A stretch of DNA of 64,000 nt from Candidatus Caldarchaeum sp. (GTDB lineage: Archaea > Thermoproteota > Nitrososphaeria_A > Caldarchaeales > Caldarchaeaceae), in the NCBI GenBank assembly GCA_038885755.1, contig JAVZZH010000001.1:32001-96000 (forward strand), given 5' to 3'. The notes below the pieces were generated by a model. That model had not been told where the DNA came from, did no database searches, and was given only the letters and a program-made list of their open reading frames with translations. The number at the start of each line of letters is the position of its first letter. Positions within the stretch are counted from its first letter, which is position 1. The position numbers and the translations under genes were made by a program. Below, one piece after another: positions 55,127-64,000 of this stretch.

Positions 55127-57258
55127 ACTCAGTCAGGAGCGTTGAACATCTTCCCCCCTACCTCCGGGAGGCTGTAAAGAGATACGGCGTTAGTGAGTTC
55201 TACCCGCCTCAAACAGAGGCCTTGGAAAAAGGTCTTCTCGACGGCAGGCGTCTGATGGTCTCGACGCCGACTGCTTCTGGAAAAACCCTGATAGCTATGA
55301 TGGCTGCCTACAAACACGTAGTCGAAGGCGGTAAAGTGCTGTACCTCACTCCTTTGAGAGCTCTGGCGTCCGAGAAGCTAAGCGAGTTCAGCCTCTTCCT
55401 AGGCGGTGAGTTCCGTGTCGTAGCCAGCACGGGAGACTATGACTCAGCCGACCCGTGGCTTGAGTCCTACGACGTCATCGTGGCCACCAACGAGAAGGCC
55501 GACAGCCTGCTTAGACACAGAGCTCCCTGGATAGAAAAAATATCCCTGCTCGTAGCCGACGAGGTGCATCTGCTTGGAGACCCTGACCGGGGGCCGACCC
55601 TCGAGATGACGCTTACCAGAATGCTAGCCAACAACCCGGAAGCACAGCTCATAGCCCTCAGCGCAACAGCGCCCAACGCTCAGGAAATAGCTGCATGGCT
55701 CGGCGCAGACTTGATTTCGATGAACTGGCGGCCCGTCCCCCTCAGGGAGGGGGTCTACTTGAGGGGAGAGGTGGTTTACAGCGACAACCAGAGGAAGAGG
55801 GTTGCTGAGTATGACTCTAACCCCGCTGTATCGCTGGTGCTGCAGACAGTCTCCGAAGGAGGTCAAGCCATCATATTCACGAACACCCGTAGAAAAGCAG
55901 AGCAGTACGCTGAGAAAGCAGCCTCAGCCCTCTCTTCAAACAACCTATTAAGCGAGGAGGATAGAGACTTCCTGTCCTCAGTTGCTTCAGAGCTTGTCCA
56001 GACCGGGGAGGCGTCCGCGTTCAACGAGAAAGTCTCCGCCCTCCTACGTGAGGGTGCTTGTTTTCACCACGCCGGATTAGCAGCCTCTCACAGGCGTGCG
56101 GTCGAGTATGCTTTCAGGCAGAGGCGTCTCAAAATACTCTGTGCAACTCCTACCCTCGCTGCCGGAGTAAACCTTCCAGCCCGAATGGTTGTGATACCTG
56201 AGCTGAGAAGGTACGAGGTTGGGGAGGGTTTGAAGAACATATCCGTCTCAGAGTATAAGCAGTTCTGCGGAAGGGCTGGGAGGCCGGGCTACGACGATTA
56301 CGGCGAGACCGTGGTGATAGCCCGCAACGAGGACGAGTTCGAGGCTGTGTTTGAGAGATACGTAAATGGAAGGCCTGAGCGTGTCTGGTCCAAGCTCGGC
56401 AGCCAGAGACATTTGAGGGTGCAGGTTTTAGCCGTTCTCGCAAGCGAGGAGATACACAGCGCCGAAGGGTTGGAGAGGTTTTTCGCGAGAACTTTCCTAG
56501 CCCATCAGTTCGGAGAGAGGCTGATGGTCAAAGCGCTGAACGAGGTTGTCGACTTCCTCGTCTCGAACGGGTTTGTAAAGCTGGAGGACGGTCTGAAAGC
56601 GACTAGGCTTGGCCGACGTGTCGCGGAGCTGTACATAGACCCCATCACCGCTCTGTCGATAATAAAAACATGCTCCAAAAGGCCGAGGAACTTGGACGAG
56701 CTCGGGCTGATTCAAGCGGTCTGCACAGCTGTCGAGGTTCCGAGCATTCCGATGAAGAGGGTTGAGCCTTGGAAGATTAAGAAATTCGTCGACGAAAACT
56801 TCGACTGTTTCTTCTACGTTCCAGACCCTGCATCCGAGCCTGACGAGTTCGAGCTGTTCCTCGAATCCGTCAAGACGGCGATACTGATGAAGGCGTGGGT
56901 TAACGAGGTGGGCGAGGGAGAGCTGTATGAGCGGCTTGGTGTAGAGCCGGGGGACTTGGCTGTTCTTCGGGAGAGATGCAGCTGGATCGCTTACGCCGCC
57001 TCCCAGCTGATGGCTATTCAGGGCAACAAGCTGTTGGAGAATGCTTTCATGACCATGTCGGAAAGGCTGGCGGAAGGTGTTAGGGAGGAGCTTCTCCCCC
57101 TCACTTCTCTAAAGGGTGTTGGAAGGGTGAGGGCTAGGAACCTATACAACCATGGATACCGGACGATCGAGGACCTGAGAAAAGCAACGGTCGAACAATT
57201 GTCGAGAGTACCTTCGATAGGCGAGAAGACCGCAGCATTCATCAAGAACCAGGTTTGA
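55123..57258 (+). CDS. hel308: Hel308/Hjm DNA helicase
   Basis: PTASGKT, DEVH, LSAT, TLAAGVNLPA, GRAGR, GVGRVRAR. Confidence 0.95.
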   Translation: MNSVRSVEHLPPYLREAVKRYGVSEFYPPQTEALEKGLLDGRRLMVSTPTASGKTLIAMMAAYKHVVEGGKVLYLTPLRALASEKLSEFSLFLGGEFRVVASTGDYDSADPWLESYDVIVATNEKADSLLRHRAPWIEKISLLVADEVHLLGDPDRGPTLEMTLTRMLANNPEAQLIALSATAPNAQEIAAWLGADLISMNWRPVPLREGVYLRGEVVYSDNQRKRVAEYDSNPAVSLVLQTVSEGGQAIIFTNTRRKAEQYAEKAASALSSNNLLSEEDRDFLSSVASELVQTGEASAFNEKVSALLREGACFHHAGLAASHRRAVEYAFRQRRLKILCATPTLAAGVNLPARMVVIPELRRYEVGEGLKNISVSEYKQFCGRAGRPGYDDYGETVVIARNEDEFEAVFERYVNGRPERVWSKLGSQRHLRVQVLAVLASEEIHSAEGLERFFARTFLAHQFGERLMVKALNEVVDFLVSNGFVKLEDGLKATRLGRRVAELYIDPITALSIIKTCSKRPRNLDELGLIQAVCTAVEVPSIPMKRVEPWKIKKFVDENFDCFFYVPDPASEPDEFELFLESVKTAILMKAWVNEVGEGELYERLGVEPGDLAVLRERCSWIAYAASQLMAIQGNKLLENAFMTMSERLAEGVREELLPLTSLKGVGRVRARNLYNHGYRTIEDLRKATVEQLSRVPSIGEKTAAFIKNQV

Positions 57259-57727
57259 GCAACGCCTCCAGCTCTCTCAAACTAACCTCCTGCCCGACCT
57301 CCACAGACCCCGGCCTAAGCCTCCTGACAAACTCAAGGCCCTCCCGCCATCCCAGACCTTTATGCTTCATCAGAAAAGCAGTCAACACCATGCCCGTTCT
57401 GCCGTGCCCAGCCTGACAGTGGATTAGCGTCTTGTGGCCTCTGCTGAGCAGGGTTTCCACGGCTTCAACGATCTTCATGAGAGTCGGTGCATCGGCTGGC
57501 TGATGGTCTTTCAGCGGGAAGTGGAGGTATGTAAACCCGTCTACAAGATGCTTCGGCAGGGGTTGTTCGGTAAGGCTGATTATGGCCGAAACTCCACGGC
57601 TTTTCAGGTACCGCATGTGTTTTTTCCTGCTCGGCAGACCGCTTGCCGCTATCTTGCCGTCTATCTCGGAGTAGTTGGGTGGTCTGTCGATGAAAAAACC
57701 CTGTAATTTTCTCAACGCACCGGTCAT
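57242..57727 (-). CDS. dual-specificity/protein-tyrosine phosphatase
   Basis: HCQAGHGRTG (CX5R), VRRLRPGSVE..Q. Confidence 0.92.
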   Translation of the reverse strand: MTGALRKLQGFFIDRPPNYSEIDGKIAASGLPSRKKHMRYLKSRGVSAIISLTEQPLPKHLVDGFTYLHFPLKDHQPADAPTLMKIVEAVETLLSRGHKTLIHCQAGHGRTGMVLTAFLMKHKGLGWREGLEFVRRLRPGSVEVGQEVSLRELEALLKPGS

Positions 57728-57730
57728 GAC

Positions 57731-58468
57731 TCACATGCTTAAGAGCGACTTTACAAGCCTTCCTGTCTTCTCCTCGATCTCCGCCCTGACGCTGGCTGCC
57801 TGCTGCTCGTCTAGGTGCAGGACAAGAGCCTTCACCCGGTCGTAGCCAAGCTTGTTCACCATTACGTCGAAGACACGGACTCCGCCCAAAAGCTCGTACA
57901 TCTCCGACTCGGCAGGCCTCACGGCAACAGGGGTGAACAGGTCTACGTACTGCGCCAAAACCTCCCTCTCCACCTCGCTTACGTTTATCAGAAGCCCGGG
58001 CGGGACCAAGATCCTGCTCACAGGCAGCTCCACAACGCTCCCAACATAATCTCCGGCTAAAACCTCCGCCCTCTCACATTTCCACGAGTCTAGCTTGAGC
58101 TTATCACGCTCTCCGAAATAGCCATGCCACCACTTGAGGCTCTCCAGAACCAGTTTCTCCATCTCCGACTCTATCTGGTGGTTCTCGCCGTCGACGTCCT
58201 CGTTCGTCAAAATCATGGCCAGCGTCTTTTTACTTCTCCTCTTTTGCACCTCCGCCTGCTGTGAGAAGAGCTGCGGCTTCACGGCTGTGAGAACAACATC
58301 CATGACTACTTGGTTTCCGGCCTTGTCTGCGCCCAGATTAATCCTTACCGACAAGCGGTCTTTGCCTCTCAGCTTTTCAAGAAGATATTCACGCAGCCTT
58401 TCGTACATCACCATAGTGTAGATGAACTGGCCCAGCTTCGACTCGAACTCGTCGTATCCGTAAGACAT
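57731..58468 (-). CDS. hypothetical protein with C-terminal ParB/Srx-like domain
   Basis: VELPVSRI...TPVAVRP...YELLGGVRV...LGYDRVKALV. Confidence 0.6.
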   Translation of the reverse strand: MSYGYDEFESKLGQFIYTMVMYERLREYLLEKLRGKDRLSVRINLGADKAGNQVVMDVVLTAVKPQLFSQQAEVQKRRSKKTLAMILTNEDVDGENHQIESEMEKLVLESLKWWHGYFGERDKLKLDSWKCERAEVLAGDYVGSVVELPVSRILVPPGLLINVSEVEREVLAQYVDLFTPVAVRPAESEMYELLGGVRVFDVMVNKLGYDRVKALVLHLDEQQAASVRAEIEEKTGRLVKSLLSM

Positions 58469-58618
58469 CTACGGAGCCTTCTCGATGTACTTAAACACAC
58501 CGACCTCGACGAAGTTGTGGTGGATGTATGTGTATTCGTCGGAGACGGGCATCAACGTGGCCTCGCACACTGGTAGGGACGGCTCCGGCACTTCAAGCTG
58601 CCTTACCTGTGCCCGCAT
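58469..58618 (-). CDS. 49-aa hypothetical protein
   Basis: MRAQVRQLEVPEPSLPVCEATLMPVSDEYTYIHHNFVEVGVFKYIEKAP; fills the gap between a TATA-like CTTATATA and the next gene; TAG abuts the next ATG. Confidence 0.55.
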   Translation of the reverse strand: MRAQVRQLEVPEPSLPVCEATLMPVSDEYTYIHHNFVEVGVFKYIEKAP

Positions 58619-58717
58619 GTTCACCAAGCTATTCCAAAATTATATAAGCGTTTACCAGTATCAAGATTTTTGACCAGCGCTCCCTTAAATACCTCCGGCC
58701 ATCAGCGAGGAACAGGC

Positions 58718-59584
58718 TTGAAGGTCGTCAGCGGTGTATCGTCGCCGGACCTAGCCGCCAAGCTTGGCCGTTTCCTTAATGCTCCTGTAGTTGATGTCGA
58801 GTCCAAGCGTTTTCCCGACGGAGAGTCATACTTGAGAGTTTTGGGAGACGTGGCCGGGGAGAAAGTCGTGCTGGTTCAGGGTCTTCATCCTCCACAAGAC
58901 ACGCATCTGACGCAGCTTCTTCTGCTGGCTGACTGCTTGAACGACTTGGGCGCTGCATCCATAACAGCAGTGGTTCCCTACATGGCGTACGCGAGGCAGG
59001 ATAGGAGGTTTAGGGACGGCGAGGCTGTGAGCATCCTAACTGTGCTCAAGCTTTTGAAAACGGTTGGCATAAGCGAGGTGATAACGGTGAACATCCACTC
59101 GCCGTGGATACTAGGCAAGTCGGCTGTAGCGGTGAAGAACGTGGACGCCACAGGGTTGTTAGCCTCGTACCTGCTACAGGCGGGGGTTGAAAAGCCGCTG
59201 GTGTTGTCTCCGGGGAAGAAGGGCTTGGAGATGGCCGCCTCAGTAGCCTCCGTCATGGAAACTGACTATGCGCATGTTGAGAGCCGTAGAAGCCTTGAGG
59301 ACGGCCGGGTTTCAGTTTCTTTTGACGGGGAGCTGGGAGGGCGTGAGGTTGTGCTGGTTGACGACGTGATAAGCACCGGTGAGACGATGGCGAAGTGCGT
59401 CGAGCTTGCTAGGAGGAAGGGAGCCGCCCGGGTTGTAGTGGCCGCGGTCCACGGCCTGTTCGTAGCGTCGTCTGTTGAAAAAATACTCTCGGCTGGAGTA
59501 GACTTGATAATGACGACTGACACGGTTCCGAACCCGTACGCAGTGGCTTCAGTCGCAGGATTGGTTGCAGCTCAGCTAGAGTGA
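58718..59584 (+). CDS. prs: ribose-phosphate pyrophosphokinase
   Basis: FPDGE, PYMAYARQD, VDDVISTG; TTG start 58718. Confidence 0.94.
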   Translation: MKVVSGVSSPDLAAKLGRFLNAPVVDVESKRFPDGESYLRVLGDVAGEKVVLVQGLHPPQDTHLTQLLLLADCLNDLGAASITAVVPYMAYARQDRRFRDGEAVSILTVLKLLKTVGISEVITVNIHSPWILGKSAVAVKNVDATGLLASYLLQAGVEKPLVLSPGKKGLEMAASVASVMETDYAHVESRRSLEDGRVSVSFDGELGGREVVLVDDVISTGETMAKCVELARRKGAARVVVAAVHGLFVASSVEKILSAGVDLIMTTDTVPNPYAVASVAGLVAAQLE

Positions 59585-59588
59585 AGAA

Positions 59589-60626
59589 ATGGTCAAGTGC
59601 TTTTTCCTGCTTTCGGGCGAAAACCCCAACCTTTCAGCCGCCGAGCTTCAGCACGTTCTAGAGATCTACAGATGCGGACAGGACTTCCAGCTGCTGACGC
59701 CTAGGGTGGCTGTTGCAACAATTCCTCCAAGCCTCCTCTCCGACGTGGTCTTCCGAGCAGCTTACACGAAGATTGCCGGTGTTTATCTGGGCCACGGCCG
59801 GACCAGCATCCTGTCCGAGGGGAACATACCGTTGGATGATGGTTGGAGGATGGTCGAGCAGCTCGGCGTCGAGAAGTTTCGAGTCGACGTCGTTAAGCTG
59901 GGAGGGGCGTCTGTCAACTCTTTGGAGGTCGAGAAGAAAACCGCTGAAGCTCTATCCAGCCTCTTTCCCAAGATGAGGGTCTGCATGGACAACCCCGACA
60001 TCGTCGTCGGAGTAGTGGTTTCGCCAGATACTTATGTCGCAGGGTTTTTAAAGGCGGTCAAGCCCAAGCATTTTTTCCAGCTGAGGCGCGCCGGCAGAAG
60101 GCCTTTCCGGATACCGTCAGCCCTGCAGCCTAAGCTAGCCAGATGCCTCGTCAACCTGTCCGTAGCCAGCTTGGACTGCAACCTGCTCGACCCTTTCGCC
60201 GGGTCTGGAGCGGTCGTCGTTGAGGCGGGGCTGCTGGGCCACGAGGCTGTTGGGCTTGAGCTGAGGACGTGGATATCCAACGGCATGGCTGTCAACACTT
60301 CTTTCTTCTGCCCATCGGTCTGCCACGTTGTTCAGGGAGACGCCGTAAGAATGCCTTTCAGGAAAGCCTTCGCAGCCGTAGCCACCGACCCGCCCTACGG
60401 AAAATCCTCAACGCTCGCTGGACGAGGGTTCAAACAGCTTTTGGCGAGGTTTTTCGAAGCTGTCCAAACACTTCTTAAGCCCGGAGGAAGGGTCTCCATC
60501 GTGGTGCCGGACAACGAGTACGAAAACCTGCTGGATGCTTCGCAGGGGTTCAAGCCCCTACAACGACACGACGTCTACGTCCACAAAAGCTTGACTAGAA
60601 GGGTCGTGGTGCTGAAGCTTGAGTGA
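59589..60626 (+). CDS. trm11: tRNA (guanine-10 N2)-methyltransferase with THUMP domain
   Basis: LSGE, RPF, LARCLVNL, LDPFAGSG, TDPPYG. Confidence 0.88.
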   Translation: MVKCFFLLSGENPNLSAAELQHVLEIYRCGQDFQLLTPRVAVATIPPSLLSDVVFRAAYTKIAGVYLGHGRTSILSEGNIPLDDGWRMVEQLGVEKFRVDVVKLGGASVNSLEVEKKTAEALSSLFPKMRVCMDNPDIVVGVVVSPDTYVAGFLKAVKPKHFFQLRRAGRRPFRIPSALQPKLARCLVNLSVASLDCNLLDPFAGSGAVVVEAGLLGHEAVGLELRTWISNGMAVNTSFFCPSVCHVVQGDAVRMPFRKAFAAVATDPPYGKSSTLAGRGFKQLLARFFEAVQTLLKPGGRVSIVVPDNEYENLLDASQGFKPLQRHDVYVHKSLTRRVVVLKLE

Positions 60627-60627
60627 G

Positions 60628-61536
60628 ATGAGAATATGCTTTCTGGGAACGGGCGGCGGCATGCCTTCCAAGAAGAGAGGCCTTCCCTCGATAGCCGTAA
60701 GGCTGAAGAGGTCTCTGGTCATCTTCGACTGCGGCGAGGGAACTCAGCGCCAGCTCATGCTGGCAGGGCTGGGGATGAAGCCCAACATCCACGTCTTCAT
60801 AACCCACCTCCACGGAGACCACGTTTTGGGCCTTCCCGGCCTTCTTTTCACATGGTCGATGAATGGAAGAACCTCTGAGGTTCACGTCCACGGTCCTCCG
60901 GGCCTCGCCCGGTTCCTGAGGTCTGTGATGATGCCTCAGCTCGGGAGGCTAGGTTTCGAGGTGAAGGTGGACGAGCTTCATCCAAACACCTCGACGAGGA
61001 TTGAGGACGTGGCTGTGTCATGCTTCTCGACTGAACACACCTCACCGTCATACGGCTACGTGCTGGAGGAGGACATGCGGCCCGGGAAGATGCGCGTCGA
61101 GTTCCTCGAATCGCTGGGCCTGCCGAAAGGCCCTCTCTGGGGCATGCTGCAGCGTGGAAACCCTGTCATCTATAACAACAGAGTCATCACGCCTGAGGAG
61201 GCTTTGGAGCCATCCCGGCCTGGGAGGAAACTGGTCTACACGGGGGACACTAGGCCTTGCAGCAGCGTCGTCGAGGCATCGCTGAAAGCCGACGTGCTGA
61301 TACACGACTCCACTTTTGACGACGGCATGCTGGAGAAAGCAGTGGAGGAGGGGCATTCGACCGCCTCGGAAGCGGCTGGGGTCGCTCTGCGGGCCGGTGT
61401 GAAGCGCCTGTATCTTTTCCACGTAAGCCCGAGGTATGAAGACGAGAGCCTGCTGCTCAACCAAGCTCGCAAAGTTTTCCCCGAGTCCTACGTGCCTAGA
61501 GACCTCGAAGTCTACAGCGTTCCGTTCACTCAGTGA
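60628..61536 (+). CDS. rnz: ribonuclease Z
   Basis: FLGTGG, DCGEGTQ, THLHGDH, PKGP arm, GDTRP, HVSPRY. Confidence 0.96.
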   Translation: MRICFLGTGGGMPSKKRGLPSIAVRLKRSLVIFDCGEGTQRQLMLAGLGMKPNIHVFITHLHGDHVLGLPGLLFTWSMNGRTSEVHVHGPPGLARFLRSVMMPQLGRLGFEVKVDELHPNTSTRIEDVAVSCFSTEHTSPSYGYVLEEDMRPGKMRVEFLESLGLPKGPLWGMLQRGNPVIYNNRVITPEEALEPSRPGRKLVYTGDTRPCSSVVEASLKADVLIHDSTFDDGMLEKAVEEGHSTASEAAGVALRAGVKRLYLFHVSPRYEDESLLLNQARKVFPESYVPRDLEVYSVPFTQ

Positions 61537-61903
61537 GCCACCTTACCAGCCCGTCCGCGTCCTCGCAGTAGACCTTCACCGTGATAGGGCCCAACGCAAC
61601 CACTTCACCGGGCTCGTAGAACGAAAGCCTCCCCACGTAGGCGGCCTGCTTGTTGACGTAGAACACCAGCGAGTTCCCCTTCATCCCCTTGGAGAGAACC
61701 GCCCGAGCGGCTGCCCTAATCCTGCGAGAACGAATCAGCATCCGTAGCTTTTCAAAGCCCTCAACTGAGTCGAACGAGGCGAAGACTTTGTCCGAGTCCT
61801 GTATGACAGAGGCCTTGGGGAAAATGTTCAGGACTGCTTTTAAGACCTTCGACAAGGACTCTGTCGGGTTGACGGGCGCCGTTATCTCTGCGGAGAGCTT
61901 CAC
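61526..61903 (-). CDS. UPF0201/DUF54 putative RNA-binding protein
   Basis: VNPTE..KV..A..NIFP, RIRAAAR, NKQAA.VG. Confidence 0.85.
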   Translation of the reverse strand: MKLSAEITAPVNPTESLSKVLKAVLNIFPKASVIQDSDKVFASFDSVEGFEKLRMLIRSRRIRAAARAVLSKGMKGNSLVFYVNKQAAYVGRLSFYEPGEVVALGPITVKVYCEDADGLVRWLTE

Positions 61904-62316
61904 AGCTGCGACCTGAGAGCCGACAAAGTCATCATGATGTTCAGAGTGTTCTCAAACAGCTCCGTCTGCGTGATACGGCCTATTATCTTACCTCCTTCGA
62001 CGACGAAAAGCCTACGGATGTTCTTCTCAGCAAGCTTTGCCATGGCCTCGCCTAACGAGGCGTCGGGTGAGATTACCTCAATAGGCGATGACATTATCTC
62101 GCCGACACGCATCGTCAACGAACAACCCTTCGCTATGCATCTCCGTATAACATCCCTTTCCGTGACCACGCCTACCGGCAGCTTGTTCCGTGTAATGACA
62201 ACAGACCAAACATCGTTCTCGATCATCTTCTTTACAACGTCCAGAACAGTCGCACCCTCATCGACCTCGACGACCTTTTTGTCCATGACATCCCTTACAC
62301 GCAGAGTGACAGGCAT
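61900..62316 (-). CDS. CBS-pair protein
   Basis: VRDVM, GVVTERD, EIMSSP, RRLFVV. Confidence 0.9.
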   Translation of the reverse strand: MPVTLRVRDVMDKKVVEVDEGATVLDVVKKMIENDVWSVVITRNKLPVGVVTERDVIRRCIAKGCSLTMRVGEIMSSPIEVISPDASLGEAMAKLAEKNIRRLFVVEGGKIIGRITQTELFENTLNIMMTLSALRSQL

Positions 62317-62402
62317 CTAAACCACGTCTATGACTGATTTCTTGCTTCTTTTAAACTTTCAAATTCAAACCCTTAATACCGCAGCGCAAACCACATAGCT
62401 GG

Positions 62403-63065
62403 ATGCACGAAAACACAATCATAGTTGTTTGGGAGGGGGTCGACGCAGCCGGTAAAACGACTCTGCTGGAGGCAACCTCGGAGAGGCTTAGAAGCCGTGG
62501 CATGCTGGTGGAAGCTTACAAAACTCCGAGCAACACCGAAACAGGAGGGTTCGCCACGTCCCGCGGCAACCAGCCTACAACCGACCCGCTCACACGAATG
62601 CTTCTCTTCCTGGCCAACACATCCGACGACAGCGCCGTCATCAAAAAAATAATCCATGAAAAAAGACCCGACTACATGTTCCTAGACAGGTACTACGCGT
62701 GCTCGATAGTCTACGGCTTCGCCCTCATCGGCAGAAAGCTCGGAAAAACCATGGACGACGACAAGCTTCTCAATTTCTACCGTTTAATCGAGGAGATGGG
62801 CTCCGACGTGTTTGTTAAGCCAGACTTGACGATTGTTGTGGAGGTTGATGAGCAGACTAGGAGGAGAAGGGTTCAGCAGAAGCATGAGGGCTCGGACCGC
62901 TCGTTTGAGGGAGATGAAATGCTTCAGAACTTGGTTCGGAGGTACTATGCTGCGCTGTTGAAGAACTTTGACAACTCTTTTGTAAGAGTTTTGAACGAGG
63001 ACAGCGTTGTTGACAGGTTGTCAGAAGAGCTGGCCGTCAAAATTCTGAGCCTGAGGAGGGTTTGA
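62403..63065 (+). CDS. tmk: thymidylate kinase
   Basis: EGVDAAGKTT, LDRY, PDLTI. Confidence 0.85.
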   Translation: MHENTIIVVWEGVDAAGKTTLLEATSERLRSRGMLVEAYKTPSNTETGGFATSRGNQPTTDPLTRMLLFLANTSDDSAVIKKIIHEKRPDYMFLDRYYACSIVYGFALIGRKLGKTMDDDKLLNFYRLIEEMGSDVFVKPDLTIVVEVDEQTRRRRVQQKHEGSDRSFEGDEMLQNLVRRYYAALLKNFDNSFVRVLNEDSVVDRLSEELAVKILSLRRV

Positions 63066-63069
63066 AGCT

Positions 63070-63624
63070 TTGGTGAGGGCCTTCATAGCTGTGGATGTCT
63101 CGGACGAGGAGACGGTCAAGAACATCGTCAACGTGCAGAACGAGTTGATGAGGGTTGGGCGGGAAGGGCTGAAGCCGGTCGAGCCTCAGAACCTCCACCT
63201 AACCATACGTTTCTTGGGCGAAGTGTCCGACGACGAAGTGCAGCTGGTTTCAGAGGCTTTGAGCTTGGTTGATGCGAGGCAGTTCACCATGAGCATTAAA
63301 GGGCTGGGATACTTCCCCGGAGGAGGCAGAGTAAACGCGGTGTGGGCTGGCGTCGATCAGGGAGGGGAAGAGCTCAAGAAGATTCACGACAGCCTTGAGA
63401 AACTGCTTTCCGGCATAAGGATCGAGAAAGACAGCAGGTTCTCACCCCACCTGACTATATGCAGGGTCAAGTTTGTGAAGGACAAACAGGGTCTGCTCGA
63501 CGTAATAAGACGGAACAAGGAGACCTTCTTCGGCCAGCAGAAAGTCGACAGGATATGCCTGAAAAAAAGTGTTCTAACCTCTTCGGGCCCGGTTTACTCC
63601 GACCTAGCGGTGCGTAGAATTTGA
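63070..63624 (+). CDS. thpR: RNA 2',3'-cyclic phosphodiesterase (2H family)
   Basis: RAFIAV, HLTIRFLG, PHLTICR, GPVY. Confidence 0.92.
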   Translation: MVRAFIAVDVSDEETVKNIVNVQNELMRVGREGLKPVEPQNLHLTIRFLGEVSDDEVQLVSEALSLVDARQFTMSIKGLGYFPGGGRVNAVWAGVDQGGEELKKIHDSLEKLLSGIRIEKDSRFSPHLTICRVKFVKDKQGLLDVIRRNKETFFGQQKVDRICLKKSVLTSSGPVYSDLAVRRI

Positions 63625-64000
63625 GACAGGTTCTCGAACAGGTTTTGGAGATGGTTAGGCCGTTGCCGGAGACTCTGAGGTCTGCGGCAGAGCTAGCCGA
63701 CCGTCTGGTGGGTCTTGTTGAGGAGTTTTTCGGCCCCGGCACAGCTTCCGTCGAGGGGTCCTTCGCCAAGGGCACTATGGTTAGGGGGCGGGAGGAGGTT
63801 GATGTCTTCGTCCACTTTAAACCAGATGTGCCCGTTGAGAAAGCTTCTCAGATGGTTTTGGCCAGAGGGGTTGAAATAATCAATAGCCTTGGAGGCGCCG
63901 TCCGTCTAAGGTATGCAAGCCATCCCTACGTCGAGGGCTTCGTGGATGGGCTGAGAGTGAACATAGTGCCTTGCTACGACGTGGAGCACGGCCGGTGGAT
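63621..64000 (+). CDS. cca: CCA-adding enzyme, class I, runs off window end
   Basis: Manual translation from TTG 63621: VEGSFAKGT...EVDVF...RYASHPYV...NIVPCY. Confidence 0.92.
   Translation, partial: MRQVLEQVLEMVRPLPETLRSAAELADRLVGLVEEFFGPGTASVEGSFAKGTMVRGREEVDVFVHFKPDVPVEKASQMVLARGVEIINSLGGAVRLRYASHPYVEGFVDGLRVNIVPCYDVEHGRW

Noticed and set aside
58469-58471. Pyrrolysine readthrough of the in-frame TAG
   Set aside because: Directly followed by ATG, so abutting genes explain it; no pyl genes in the window
1-64000. CRISPR arrays, IS elements, integrases, inteins, rRNA
   Set aside because: None seen by eye; mcm and rfcS are normal length; subtle dispersed repeats could have been missed

Overview
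Gene-dense archaeal chromosomal segment with no CRISPR array, transposase or integrase visible. The gene set points to a TACK-group thermophile, most likely Aigarchaeota/Caldiarchaeales-like (inference from unsplit rpoB, Elf1, GINS15 and GINS23, grpE-dnaK-dnaJ, class II HMG-CoA reductase and a tRNA with a non-canonical intron). Content is mostly core genes: transcription (rpoB partial, rpoH, elf1), replication (priS, both GINS, mcm, hel308, rfcS/L, cdc6, dnaG), translation and RNA processing (pelota, aIF2beta, aIF6, rpl31e, nob1, clp1, trm11, rnz, thpR, cca), ether-lipid synthesis (GGGPS, carS, HMGR, GGR-like), nucleotide/cofactor genes and two ABC transporters. There are three tRNAs and one C/D box sRNA. 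Most notable observations: (1) rpoB and thrC have no in-frame ATG/GTG/TTG at their real N-terminus, and phnE probably has none; in all three a canonical start codon sits exactly one nucleotide out of frame and a CTG is available in frame. (2) A tRNA-Met(CAU) has an abnormal anticodon arm with an 8-nt loop. (3) An HTH-ferritin fusion regulator has twin inverted operator-like sites shared with phnDCE. (4) Two paralogous membrane-anchored metzincin proteases with coiled-coil stalks lie tail to tail. (5) A tandem-domain ThyX with a split motif heads a queD-queC operon. (6) The C/D sRNA has a guide matching a common tRNA D-loop. All calls come from reading the sequence and recalled family motifs; no searches were run.
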